A stretch of 64,000 nucleotides of DNA from assembly GCA_043228905.1 (NCBI GenBank), contig JBHGNT010000010.1:4960001-5024000 (forward strand), given 5' to 3'. Shown here one piece after another: positions 47,623 to 62,633 of this stretch. The notes beneath the pieces are model-generated. The model had not been told where the DNA came from and did no database searches. It was given only the letters and a program-made list of their open reading frames with translations. The DNA is from Azolla caroliniana (Eukaryota; Plantae; Polypodiophyta). Position 1 is the stretch's first letter, and every line of letters starts with the position of its first letter. The translations under genes were made by a program, and so were the position numbers.

Positions 47623-49911
47623 ATGACTGGGAGGTATGCCCTGTTCCTGAACAGAGCAACTTCTCCTTCTCTTTGTCAACACTTGCAAGAGCGTATCTCT
47701 ACCCTTGTTACATCAGGAGAAGACTACAAAGCACTCTCTCTCTTCCAGAAGTTGCAAGATCAAATCCCACTAGACCACTCTCTCTCCCTGTACATCTTAA
47801 AAGCTTGCATCAATTTAAGCCTCCTACATCCTGCCAGACTTCTTCATGATCAACTTATCAGGCATGGCATTTCCATTGATGGGCTCGTTGGAAATAGTCT
47901 TATCACTCTGTATGCTAGATGCGGTTCTCTTGATGAAGGACAAAAGATTTTTGACTTGTTGCAAAATAGAAGTTCAGTCTCATGGAGTGCACTCATTGGT
48001 GGTTATATGCAACACGGACATGGCCACAAGGCCATTGAGATTTTTTATGAGATGCAGTATAAAGGATTATGTCTTAATCGATCCATCTTATTATCTATAT
48101 TGAAAGCATGTGGCAGCATATGTGGCATATTGAAAGGTATGATCCTCCATCATAAAATCATTGTCGAAGGTAGCAAGTATGGATATGGTGATGTTGTTAC
48201 TGTTCAGAGTGCTCTACTTGATATGTATGCAAAATGTGGTTGTTTGGATGAGGCACAGAAGGTATTTGATAGCTTGCCAAATGCAGATGTTATAGCTTGG
48301 AATGTATTGATTTCGGGGTATTCTCGGCATGATGAAGGGCATCAGGTGTTCATTATTTACCAGGAAATGCAACGAAATGGCATCAAACCAACGAAAACTA
48401 CATTTTTATGTGTGTTGAAAGCATGTTGTTTTCTATCAGCCACAGAAGAAGGCAAAGTGGTACATGACCATATGATGAAAACGTTGGTATTTATGGATGA
48501 GATACTTGTGAATTCACTCATTAACATGTATGCCAATTGTGGATGGCTCAATGAAGCACGGAAAATGTTTGACATGATGTGTCCTTTTCCAAATAAAGGT
48601 ATGTGGGGGGTGATGATAGGAGGATATGTCCAACATGGACATAATCTTATCGCCCTAAGTCTTTTCACTAGGATGCCAAAGCATTTTCAAACATCAGATC
48701 AAGATGTATATCCGAGCCTCCTAAAAGCATGTGGAAATCTTAAAGCGTCAATTGAAGGTGCAGTGATCCACGATTTGATAGTGAGAAATCTGGCTGAGGA
48801 ATCCAATGTTATACTCGGAAGTGCCCTTATTGATATGTATTGTAAATGTGGATTCCTTGATGAAGCACGTGTAGTGTTTAACAAGATAGGAAATAGGAAT
48901 GTAGTATCATGGGGTGCAATGATTTCAGGCTATGTCGAGCATGGCTGTGGACTTATTGCTCTACACTTATTTGAAGACATGGAAAATGAAGGCATATCCC
49001 CTAACAGAACCTTGTTTCTATCTTGCATGAAAGCATGTGCAATGTCAAGTGACATTGACAAAGGGAGATGTCAACATAACAGTATCGTACTCCTTGGATT
49101 GGATTCAGATGCAACAATAGGAAGCGCCATTATTGATATGTATGCAAAATGTGGGAGAACACAAGAAGCAATCCATTGTTTTGAGAACATGGAAATACGA
49201 GATGTAGTCTGTTGGAATGCGATGATGACAGGATATTTCCATGATGGATTCGCTTACAATGCGTTGAAACTTTTCTGGAAAATGCAAAGAGAGGAAGTAA
49301 AACCAGATGAAGTATCAATATTATCTGCTTTGCAAGCATGTGGTCAGATTGGAGCTATTTCACATGGCCGGATGGTGCATTGTGTGGCAATCGAGACTAA
49401 TCTAACATCAGGGACAGTAATCGGAAGAAGCCTTGTCGTTATGTATGCTAAGTGTGGTAGCTTAGAAGAAGCACAAAAGGTTCTTTATGCTCTTACCCAA
49501 CAAGATTTGATTTCATGGAGCTCGTTAATCGCTGGCTATGCTGAGTCTGGAAATTGTGAGATGATTAGAAAGTGTCTTGAAATGATGCTTGAACACGGAT
49601 TAAAACCAGATTGTAAAACTTTCAGCAGCTTGCTTTGTGCTTGTGCTCATGCTGGAAAAGTAGTTGAAGGATATAAATATTTCGAGGCAATGAAGCCAGA
49701 GTATAATGTCAGCCCTAGCATTGAGCATTATAACTCTATGATTGGTCTTTTGGCACATGTAGGTTGCTTAGAGGAAGCAACCAAAATGATAGACACTATG
49801 CCCATTTCACCAGATACAACAGGATGGATGTCTTTGATCATTGCTTGTAAGAACTATGGAAGCTTCGAGATAGGAAGGGTTTGTTTTGACGAGGTGGTTC
49901 AACCTCAGTGA
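47623..49911 (+). CDS. PLS-class pentatricopeptide repeat protein with a shortened E domain, no DYW (candidate organellar RNA-editing specificity factor)
   Basis: Repeated SALLDMYAKCG...A..VF / V.W..LI.GY / KP...TF...LKAC triplets, then PSIEHYNSMIGLL and MPISPDTTGWMSLIIACK. Start placed at ATG 47623 because the ORF track start runs through the microsatellite. Confidence 0.9.
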   Translation: MTGRYALFLNRATSPSLCQHLQERISTLVTSGEDYKALSLFQKLQDQIPLDHSLSLYILKACINLSLLHPARLLHDQLIRHGISIDGLVGNSLITLYARCGSLDEGQKIFDLLQNRSSVSWSALIGGYMQHGHGHKAIEIFYEMQYKGLCLNRSILLSILKACGSICGILKGMILHHKIIVEGSKYGYGDVVTVQSALLDMYAKCGCLDEAQKVFDSLPNADVIAWNVLISGYSRHDEGHQVFIIYQEMQRNGIKPTKTTFLCVLKACCFLSATEEGKVVHDHMMKTLVFMDEILVNSLINMYANCGWLNEARKMFDMMCPFPNKGMWGVMIGGYVQHGHNLIALSLFTRMPKHFQTSDQDVYPSLLKACGNLKASIEGAVIHDLIVRNLAEESNVILGSALIDMYCKCGFLDEARVVFNKIGNRNVVSWGAMISGYVEHGCGLIALHLFEDMENEGISPNRTLFLSCMKACAMSSDIDKGRCQHNSIVLLGLDSDATIGSAIIDMYAKCGRTQEAIHCFENMEIRDVVCWNAMMTGYFHDGFAYNALKLFWKMQREEVKPDEVSILSALQACGQIGAISHGRMVHCVAIETNLTSGTVIGRSLVVMYAKCGSLEEAQKVLYALTQQDLISWSSLIAGYAESGNCEMIRKCLEMMLEHGLKPDCKTFSSLLCACAHAGKVVEGYKYFEAMKPEYNVSPSIEHYNSMIGLLAHVGCLEEATKMIDTMPISPDTTGWMSLIIACKNYGSFEIGRVCFDEVVQPQ

Positions 49912-52479
49912 GAATTTACACTTACGGCGAAGCGCCTATGATGGTGTTTATACAAATCAAGTGTACATGTGTTATGAGTATACTCATAATTTTAGGCATG
50001 TGATATGCCAGAGAGTTTGACCACATTGGTTTGTGGACTGAAGGCTGGATAACTATGATTTGGGCACATACCAAGGGTTTCATTCTATAAACAGCTAGCC
50101 ACCGTTGTGTGAGTTCTCTTATGGAATCATGGCCTTGTTGGTTCTAATTTATAAGAGGCTACCACCTACATCCCAGTGATGATTGGTTGGATGGAGGGGA
50201 TAGCTGAGGAGTATATTGATTGGAGAGAAGAATTGCCCAGGGGTAATTGTCTGGATGGAAGAAGAACATCAAGGGTAATTGGTTCATGCCTGGCACATGC
50301 TGATGTGAGAGAACTCTGCATGGTAACCAGCATACTCAAGTTATGAACATCTCTTCCACTATGAATGATGATTCCCGGAATTCTCCTTCATCTCACATTA
50401 TGATTCCCAGTTCCCCTACACATGTTTGTGTAGGAGGTTGTAATGGAGTAGATGTTGATGGGCCATGATTTCTTCCGCAACATGCCGACCTCCTACAAAG
50501 ACAAAAAAAGGGCATGACATTATTGTTACTTTGAGTTGTAATACAACTAAACTAAATAACTTCATTGACCTTTGATCACCATGTTGCAGCGCAACTTTAG
50601 GGCCAAGAACACCTTCCAATGGGCGTGGACATTATAATCCATAGACCTAGATTTGTCGCTAAATTTGGAGCCTTACCCAATCATTGCTAATGAAATACTT
50701 AAATAATTGGCTACATGCAACCTGCAATGTGAGATCGAGCTATCTAGCTCAAGAGGTTCGATTTCTTGAGGTATTAATCCTAACTTGCACTGGTGCTTTT
50801 TGACAACCTACAGTTCTTTGTCGTTGACTTTGTAAAAACTCCATAATTCTACAAAACTCTTAATTTGTTGGTTATGTATAAATTCCATTTCTCTAAGGAC
50901 TTCTAATGTGTAGTGTAAAACTTTTTGAGGATTGCTTTGGTGATGAACATGAGTAACACGATGTCTGAGAGTAACTCATAAGGCAAGTCCATATTTATCT
51001 CAAAAGAAATATGATGCATACTTTCACAAATATTGTATCTTTATATGTATGTTTTTATGCTTGCTTGATTCTATATATGTGTATGTGTATTTATAAATGG
51101 TATGTATGTATGTGTATTTGTGTACTTGTGTATCAAGGAGATGAGGATTGATGGACACCCTAGGGGATGCATTACTCGTTAGAGGAATTCCCAAGCCTTC
51201 ATTTGCCCAACCAATGCCTTTTTCTTTAACATGTTTTATTAGATCAAAGCTGGTAATTGTTGAGATCAAAGATATCACTAATTGTGAGCAACAATACTAC
51301 AGGGGAATTTTAAAGGTTTTGACTCACATTATGGTCATTTGCTTGATATAGATCAATTTCATCATTGTTCAACCCTTTTGGCATTGACATGTTAGTTTTG
51401 AGACCGTATTGTGGCATGGACAATTGGCCCACATGTTGAGATGAAGGTGATGGAGACTCGGGTTTCCAACCACATGCATTTTACATTAATTTGGATGAGG
51501 AAAATATACTAAGAAAGCAAGAAATGAAGCATTAATGAACGTGGAGGTCGTCAACAAACAACCAATGTGAGAGCCGATGCTCATTTGTTCATTTGCTTGA
51601 TTGCTAGAGTGTCGTTTTTCTTAACTTTTGTTTATGACAAAATAGGGGAAGTTCATACGTACTTGTAGAATAAAAAAGACAAGCTATTCAAAAAGTTCAA
51701 GGTATGTTTGTGCTTGTGTGAATGTTTAGAAGAGTTTGACAATTAAGGATCTTTGGTAAGATAATTGTAGGGAATTTAATTTCAATCAATTTTAGATCTT
51801 CAATGAGAACCAAGGAACCCAACGAGAGCTAACAACCATGTATGATGGTATTGTTAAGTTAATGAGCAAAGCAAGATGGGGCCACGTCAATGCAAAAGCA
51901 CATGAAACTTGAGTGAGAGTTTTGAGTAGAAGTTGTGCTAATGATATCTAAATCCATAAATCCATAAATCAAAATGTTTTTACCTCCATTTGAAGGGTGC
52001 AAAGAATCTTCCTCAAATTTATACTTTTGACAAATAAATATTTGTGGGATATGTACACAAATAACGCTAAAAGGTTTTATCATCATTTTGGTGTGTTGCT
52101 CATTCATTAAAGTACACAAAGGGTCTAGTCGAGGAAAATCTCTACACCTTTCTATAAAAACCTCTCCTAACTAATGGGAAAGTAGCTCCTTTTTTGGAAA
52201 ATATATGTACATATTGTTAAGAAATATCATATTAGCAGTTATATATCTATATTATATATATATAAGATTATTTTACATATCTCTATTAAGTACTTGTTGT
52301 ATGCTTCTACATGGCTGAACAATGAAATTGACATTAGTACCAAGAATGAAAATTTATATGCAAGATGAGGGAGGCACAAGAGAAAAAGCTAGCATCTAAA
52401 AACTTTTTATTTTTCCAAAACAAAATATCTTTCCATAAAGTTTTTTAAAAGAGTCATAACAGCTACATAATACAAAATA

Positions 52480-53075
52480 TTTTTTCCCAACTTGTCTCGT
52501 GTAAGACAATGGCCGAGGAAACAAATCTATGTACTCCAAAGTAGAGGAAAACAGTGAACTAGTTTCCAACTATTCTATAGACACATTCCAAGTTATTCCA
52601 TAGACAGCAACAAAAGTAGTTTTGTCCGGACACTAAGCCCTTTGCAGCTCACAAATACGACCCATTTCAATCTTCTTCAACATGCTCATGTTCAACAGAA
52701 TTTGCAATTAACACATTCCAAGTTATTCCATAGACACAAACAAAAGTTGCGGCATACAGAGACAAGCCCTCACAGCTCATAGATTGGAACCATTACAATG
52801 CTTTTCAGCATGTTATATCCACGAATGTAATTCCAATCAATCTACCTTTATCCAAAAAACCAAATGCTACCACAAGCTTTCAAGGTAGAGAACAATGTAT
52901 TCCATGCCTCTACATCTCGGTTTTGAAGGTGAAAAAATACATTTAGTGCTTTTTCAAGACAACCACATTTCACATGTATTGTAAACACAAAAAGAATGCT
53001 TCCTCTTTCCACATCAACCATCTCGCCGATTACCACCAAATTCCTGCACAGACCAAATTTCAAGGTAGAGAACAA
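52480..53075 (-). pseudogene. Decayed PPR gene fragment
   Basis: KCGCLEKALNVFFHLQNRDVEAWNTLFSTLKACGSI, followed by broken PPR-like frames (PDKTTF). Confidence 0.7.
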
Positions 53076-53199
53076 CTAGCATCTAAAAACTTGTGTCTAT
53101 ACTAGTGTGAAAAGGGCCAAAACATTGTAAAAGGCTAAAAAGGTATTCAAACCATTTTAGTCTTATGCCTCTTTCTTTGCTTTTTATCATAATTGCCTT

Positions 53200-53320
53200 C
53201 CCCTAGTAGTAAATTGTTAAATTACCAGCCTTAGGCCTTTGGGTTTGAGACCCAATTTTGTCACCCCTCTATTACTTGGAACTCCATGCGTATATCCTCT
53301 TAATTTACTAGATGCCACTA
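53200..53320 (+). repeat. Short interspersed (SINE-like) repeat; further copies at ~55215-55320 and ~55470-55572
   Basis: Shared ttaaac..agccctag..ggtt(c/t)gagaccc..ttttgtcacccct..actccat..atatcctcttaatttactagatgccac. Confidence 0.6.
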
Positions 53321-53324
53321 TTAT

Positions 53325-55170
53325 AATTAGAATTAGAATTTTTATCATCCATAAAGAGACCAGTTTTGACCTATGGGACCAGAGTATACATGTGTTATTG
53401 ATATCTGTCTCCTTCCTAAGAGGGGGTTATTCATACATTGAAGCATAAAGTCTCTATGTGTGAATAATGCATACACATATGAGCTCAACCTTCTAGGTGG
53501 TGTCTTAAGTATGGCACTTAAGTTATCACTCCCTCTTGGTATGTCAACATATCTTGAATGAATTGCACTATATGTCGAGCATGTGAAGAGCAAGTGACAT
53601 TCATCCTCTACGATGCCTTCATTGCATACTTTGCATGGCTTCAAATTCATTACATTTTGATACCATGATGCAACTTCAATACCTAACTTGTGAGATCTAG
53701 TGCGAAGTAGTGTAAGGGCTCTACGAGCATTACTACTCATATTGGTAATGAGATAAGGTTGGATACGATCAATAGGCATTCTTGTTTTATATTACGACCA
53801 ACATTCAGGGTTAACATTTACAACGTTGTCGTAGTGTATTCCACACACTACGTGAAAACCATAAAATAATATATCCGATTTTAGATACATATAAATAAAT
53901 AAATAATATATCAAAACATTTATCACGTGTATAGGGCAAGATTCGAAGCCTACACCTCCACATAGATAAACCCCAACTTTACCATTGTAATAACTTATCT
54001 TTAGTGTTATATATATAGATTTAATACATATAAGACCTTTACTTACACATACCTTTATTAAAAGGTAAAAATCATGTATTCTTTAGGGTATGAATATTTT
54101 ATTTACACGTGACATTAAAAGCGACTCATGCACATCTAGCGTGCATGAGCCCTATACTTAGGAAATGACAAAGCATCACATGCACATTTAGTGTGCATGG
54201 ACACAGTTGGTGAAAAAGCATGAAGCCATGCTTAGCCTCTTCCATCTTTATATAAGGAGGAGAGAAATATGTATAAGGTTGTTGATTAATATACAAGGAT
54301 TGATCAATCTAATATATTCGTGGGATTCACGAATTTTGCCATCTAAATTACTCTTATAATCTAAGTATTGTTTTAAATACACTAAACTCGTGGGATTCAC
54401 GAGATTGCTATCTTACTTCTCTTTCCACTATTCATAACTAGCCTTAAGTTGTATTCCTCTTCCTCCTAGTCAAAAACCTCGGCGGTTCCCACCCAACTCA
54501 CGCAACGATCCGGAGCCGAAGGGCACGACAACGTAGTATTCTAACTTTGTCCTCTTAGCATCTTCCCACTTCATCCTTAATGATTCCACCAACCCGAAAG
54601 CTATAAAAGATCATCCACGCCCCATCTTCTAAACCATTTCCTTATGTCAAAAACCCAACCAGATGAGAGAATCTTACTCTTAGGATTCTTTTGTAGCTTA
54701 CATCCAACATTCTAAGCAAGATTTGGTAATCGATGATTCTACATATTCTTGACTTTTGGAATGTATTTATATACTCTTTGGAGTGCCAGTATTTCTATGG
54801 GTCGAGCACCTGTTTCCAAGAGCATAACCTAGTAAGAGGTAGTGCATTTAACTCCTAATTGCCTCCTTGAAAACATCTTTTGAATTTTCTCAATCTCATT
54901 CCATGCATTAAGAGAGATGGTGCCACCCCATACTTCTACTCTATAAAGCAATACTTGAGTTACCATGGCATTGAACAACATTAGTTTTACTTCCCATTCA
55001 CAAGTATCACTTTCGTTGCATTGGTTCTCCAAATGGTAATACGAATTCCAACCAGCTTGGCGCCTTGAAGCAAAGCATGCACTCCATTTATTTGTGGCGG
55101 GTACATCAATACCAAGATATTTAAAGCTTCGAACGAATTGTAAATGTTCACCTTTATATGTAAAATAGGG
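53325..55170 (-). mobile_element. RTE/RTEX-like LINE 3' fragment split by a solo LTR
   Basis: SFKYLGI, LFNAMVTQVLLYRVEVWG, LRTRSHKLGIE and CKVCNEGIVEDECHLLFTC; (ATTCTA)-like tail near 53325-53340. Confidence 0.85.
53827..54530. mobile_element. Solo LTR, 704 bp, 4-bp TSD ACGT
   Basis: TGTCGT...ACGACA flanked by ACGT at 53823-26 and 54531-34; removing it restores the LINE frame (KLEYYVVNVNPECW). Confidence 0.88.
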
Positions 55171-57069
55171 GTTGTACCCATGCCCTTCCAACCTTACTAG
55201 TTGGGCTTCTCTGTCGTAAGTTATTAAACTTCTAGCCCTAAGTCTTGGATTCGAGACCCAAAATTTTGTCACCCCTCAATCACTCCATACATATATCCTC
55301 TAAATTTACTAGTGCCACCCTTTCAGAAAAATATAAAAAAACTATCTTCCTTCTGGAAACTCATCAAGAAGGAACTTTTTCGGATTTGGCGGAATAATTT
55401 TATGCGACAAACCCGACGGTTGCTTAATTTGTTTATATTCTTAATTTACTAGTGGCAACTTCTCTCCCATAAGTTGTTAAACTAGTAGCCCTAGGTCTTT
55501 GGTTCAAAACCCTAAAATTTCTCACTCTTATATTACTCCATACATATATCCTCTTAATTTACTAGATGCCACTTTGGAAAGTTGGGGTTGAACCCATCAC
55601 ATTTTGGTCTCCATTGGGCAACCTTACTAGGTGAGCTTCTCTCTCTTTTCCTAATGAAAAACACAATTATATTAATAAATGTGTGTTTAAAACACTACAA
55701 CGGTATCACAATGGAGTATGGTCACTACTTAGTACTACACATGTAGTGGAACATGTTACATTGCCAATAGGCCATTGAACAAGTTTAACGAGCATGCCTT
55801 CCTCACCCTTGCCACAACAAGCCGATAGAAGTTGGGATGCTCTAAATCATGAAGAAATATATCGACATCCTTGATCTTGACATCCAAGCAATTGTTTAGC
55901 AACACACTTATGACTTCTCCTCACCTTGCCTTTGTTTGAGCATTCATATTAGTATTACCATGTTGGGCCTTGGCAAGGCTAACTGACGGCCTAGTTTCAT
56001 GGTTTAACAATTTATTAGTTCCAATATAATTAAACAATTTGGTTTGGTTCCATTATTATTAAACGATTTAGTTTTTGCTCAATTAGGTTCTAAACCTCAA
56101 GTTTATCAGTTTGTAAGTTTAATGGTTTATTATTTTTTGGTTAACTTTTTATGGTTTTTTGGTTAATTGGCTATATAAATCTTGAACATATGTATCATTT
56201 ATTATAATAACATATTATGGAGAATCATTTCAATATTAATGAGATGATGATGTGTGTATTTGTGTGTGTGTGAGTGAGTGAGTGAGTGAGTGAGTGCGCG
56301 TGCATGTGTGTGAAAGAGCATAGAATATGATCTTTATAAAAGTTTAAGTCAAACATAAAGATAAATTAGAAAATGGTTTACTATAAAGAAATGTGTAGCA
56401 CAAGAAAGAGCAAACAAAAAGACCCTATGAGTGTGGGTGGTTCCTTCCCTTGGGTAAATCCTTAAAGTTTACATGACCTTTATTTAATATCCTTGAGCAC
56501 CTCAATGCTAAACAAAGTTGACATCACAACTTTTGATATAATTGTAGTTTTAACATATGCATATGGAATGGAATGTTGATACTTGTGGCTCATGTGGCAT
56601 TCTTGATACATCATTATCAACAAATCAATGCCATATAACCTTATGATACGTTTTAATAAATGGGAAACATCCAACTTGCATCGCAATAAATGTCACAATT
56701 TTGTGCAAGAAAAACCTATAGCATTGAATTGATGTTAATGTCATTTGCCCAAAAGGGCATAAATTCCATTGCATTACACAATAAAGCTATTTTAAAGAAA
56801 GAAACAACCATCCAATGCATTTTGATAATTAATTATTGCATTGTTTTGAGCTTAGAACTCATCACAATGCTTGGCACTTCATGATCATCCATACCTACCA
56901 CACAAGGTGCTACAAAAATGGATAATCTCATAAAGACAAACAAAAAGTAGCATGCATTAGTAGCATCTCTAACACCACAATGGACCCCCCTCAGACTCTA
57001 TGTAGCTTTGGACCAAAATCGCCAGACTTAGAAACAATGCAATCTGTTTCGAAAGGGCAAAAGTACAAT

Positions 57070-58890
57070 GTGATGGCATGACAAGATTGCCTCTCAGCAT
57101 TCCAAAAGCAAGAAAAGGTTAAAAGAAAGATGATGTGCGGGAAAGCCTACCGATATTTCATTTACGAACTCTTCATAAATTCTAGGTCGATATATCAATT
57201 CTAAGATGATAACACTTCGTTTTTTCATCGTTTATCAAATGAATGCCCCGCCAATCCATCACCCATAAATATATACAATTTCACACATTGCCACAAATAG
57301 TAAACTATATTTGTGATCTTTTAATGCCAAAGGAACACCAACATTATAAAGAATCATGAACTCATATATGAATGTATAGATGATTAATCTTCGTCTAAGG
57401 AGGTTGATGAATTTTATAAATCAATCTATCAATTTCACACTTTGTCACAAATAGTAAACTATATTAGGATGTTTTAATGCCAACGGTGCACAACATTATA
57501 AAGAATCATGAACTCATATATGAATGTATGTAGATATGTTTGTTGGGAGCATAGATAATTACTCTTCATCTAATGAGGTTGATGAATTTTATCAATCAAT
57601 CAAATGAGCCTTCTGCAAAGGGTGATGGCATGACAAGATTGCCTATCAGCATTCCAAAAGCAAGAAATGGTTAAAAGAAAGATGATGTGCTGGAAAGCCT
57701 ACCAATATTTCATTTACAAACTCTTCATAAATTCTAGGTCGATATATCAATTATAAGATGATAACACTTCATTTTTTCATCGTTTATCAAATGAATGCCC
57801 CGCCAATCCATCACCCATAAATATATACAATTCCACACATCACCACAAATAGTAAACTATATTTGTGATCTTTTAATGCCAAAGGAACACCAACATTGTA
57901 AAGAATCATGAACTCATATATGAATGTATAGATGATTAATCTTCATTTAATGAGGTTGATGAATTTTATCAATCAATCTATCAATTTCACACTTTGTCAC
58001 AAATAGTATACTATATTAGGATGTTTTAATGCCAACGTGCACAACATTATAAAGAATCATGAACTCATATATGAATGTATATAGATATGTTTCTTGAGAG
58101 CATAGATGATTAATCTTCATCTAATGAGGTTGATGAATTTTATCAATCAATCTATCAATTTCACACTTTGTCACAAATAGTATACTATATTAGGATGTTT
58201 TAATGCCAACGTGCACAACATTATAAAGAATCATGAACTCATATATGAATGTATATAGATATGTTTCTTGAGAGCATAGATGATTAATCTTCATCTAACG
58301 AGGTTGATGAATTTTATCAATCAATCTATCAATTTCACACTTTGTCACAAATAGTATACTATATTAGAATGTTTTAATTGCAAAGGAACACAACATTATA
58401 AAGTACACAACATTATAAAGAATCGTCGCCTCATATATGAATGTATATAGATATGTTTCTTGAGAGCATAGATGATTAATCTTCATCTAATGAGGTTGAT
58501 GAATTTTATCAATCAATCTATCAATTTCACACTTTGTCACAAATAGTATACTATATTAGAATGTTTTAATTGCAAAGGTACACAACATTATAAAGTACAC
58601 AACATTATAAAGAATCGTCGCCTCATATATGAATGTATATAGATATGTTTCTTGAGAGCATAGATGATTAATCTTCATCTAATGAGGTTGATGAATTTTA
58701 TCAATCAAGAAAAAAATCAATTTCATACTTTGTTTCGAATAGTAAACGATATTAGGATCTTTTAATGCCAAAAGTACACAACATTATAAAGAATCATGAA
58801 CTCATATATGGATGTATATAGATATGTTTCTTGAGAGCATAGATGATTAGACTTCATCGAAAGAGGTTGATGAATTTTGTCAAACAATCA
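57070..58890. repeat. Tandem array of CCoAOMT 3' UTR-derived ~155-195-bp units (~8 copies) with a ~552-bp higher-order duplication
   Basis: aatttcacac...cacaacattataaagaatc...gaggttgatgaatttt units abut the stop codon; gtgatggcatgacaagattgcc at ~57070 and ~57622. Confidence 0.92.
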
Positions 58891-58891
58891 A

Positions 58892-60714
<1,823 letters not shown>

Positions 60715-60727
60715 TCAAGCAAACCGA

Positions 60728-60745
60728 TTTAGGGTTTAGGGTTTA
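60728..60745 (-). promoter_or_regulatory. Telo-box (AAACCCTA x2) just 5' of the CCoAOMT ATG
   Basis: tttagggtttagggtttag on the plus strand; function inferred. Confidence 0.5.
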
Positions 60746-60771
60746 GACAAACAAAGAATCAGAGCAAGACG

Positions 60772-61332
60772 TCTCTCTCTCTCTCTCTCTATCCATCCAT
60801 CTATCCATCTATCTATCTATCTATCTCAGAATCTATCTATCTATCTATCTATCTCAGAGACAGAGAGAGACAGAGATCTTACGTCGTATTCTAACGTAAA
60901 GATCATGTTTCAATGCATACATGCTACATTGCAAGAGCGTCAAATTGCTGCACAAAGCGATGTAGCTAGCTGCTTTACACAACACACAGACAGGCAGACA
61001 AGACAAGACAAGACTAGGGTAGGGTGGCTACTGAGCGATCTTACAACTTACCAAGAGGGGGGGGGGGAGGGGAACACAGTGGTATGCTTGAGGAGGGGAG
61101 GGAAGGGAAAGAGCGTATGTTGAGAGGGTAAGGCTGGAAGGAAGAGGAACAAGATGAGACAGAGAGACAGAGATGGAGGAAGAGCTCTCTTAAATCTTGC
61201 TCTCAGTAAGCTGCTATTCACTGAGCGAAGGAGGGGGGGGAGGGAAGAAGATGAAAGAGAGAGACAGAGACAGAGGATGAGAGAGAGGGAGAAGAGAGAG
61301 AGAAGAGAGAGAAGAGAGTAAAGAGAGTCGAT

Positions 61333-61367
<35 letters not shown>

Positions 61368-61500
61368 AGAGAAGCAGAGAAACAGAGGAGGAGGCAGCTG
61401 CAGCTGCAGAGCAGCAGCATTTAATGCAGGAAATGGATGTGGGCGATTTGATGAAGAAGATGATGAAAAAGAAGAAGAACAACAACAACAACAATTTGTT
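60772..61500. repeat. Microsatellite-rich CCoAOMT upstream region: (CT)n, (CTAT)n, (GA)n, (AAC)n
   Basis: Direct read. Confidence 0.9.
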
Positions 61501-62633
61501 GGCCAACAACCCCACACAACACACCCTATTCCTGTTCTGTTCCTCGTGGCCCGCCCGCCCGCCCTCCGGACGCCCATCCCGCCCATCGGATGGACACTCT
61601 TGCTTATTAATTTAACTTAACCTTTGCTAGCTTCCTTCCACCCATCACTCCCTTGAATAGACATCCTAACATTGACAACACCCTTTACACTCATCGTAAA
61701 CCAACAGTGAAAGAACAATGCAGTTGTTCTGCAAAATATATATATATATATATATATATCACATCGAGATCGACCATCAGCAACAGAAGGAAGACAACGA
61801 AGCAGGAAAAACAAGAAAAAAGTATCATCCGATCAATTCTCTCATAATGATTGTTTTGTTTGTCCCCTGGTCGTGTGTGCATATGAGCAATCGTGACAAC
61901 TTAGGGCTCGGGGGTGGCGTGTTCTGAGTTCACCTTATCAAACTTAAACACCATAAAAACCTCACCCGAATGCAATACCAACGTATTTCCTTAACATCAT
62001 TGTGCACTCTCTTTAAATTGTACATTGGAAGTAGGTGGATGTCGCATACACTTTCGGCTGATCTCTAGACCATCTTTTTTTTTGACCCTATGCCTCCAAT
62101 CATTCATTAATCAAGATAGAACAAAGAGTGAATAGAAATGTTTCTTCCCTCGACCATTAGTGATAAAGGTAAAAGAGCTCGTTCAACCTTTAGTTGATAC
62201 ACTTCTTACATTGTTGTATTGAATATGAGCGGAGACATAAAGAGGCATACCGCGAGAGTTAGGTAAGATAATAAAGCGGAACAATAAATTTAAACATACG
62301 ACTTGGGATGACTTCAATAAAATAAAATAAAAATGGCAACATTTATTATTGATTTCAATCTCATGCTTGAAGAGTGGGTTTTTTAGGCTCTTTATGAAGT
62401 TAAGAGATTAACTATCTACGAGGGCATAGATAGGAGTCAACAATGTCTCGCTTCGAGCCTAAACCGAACCGTTAAACCATTTTAAATGGTTTGGTGGTTC
62501 GGCTCGGCTCTATTCATGCGTGAGCATCATAAACCGGTTTGAGCTCGGTTTGGCAAGGTTCAAGGCAAACCGAACTAGTTATGTCCAAACCAGTTTAGGA
62601 ACCAATTTGGTTCAAGTTTGAAAACTTCCAAAC

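Noticed and set aside
61048-61620. Several 68-158 aa ORFs upstream of CCoAOMT
   Set aside because: Low-complexity GA/CT microsatellite translations with no domain.
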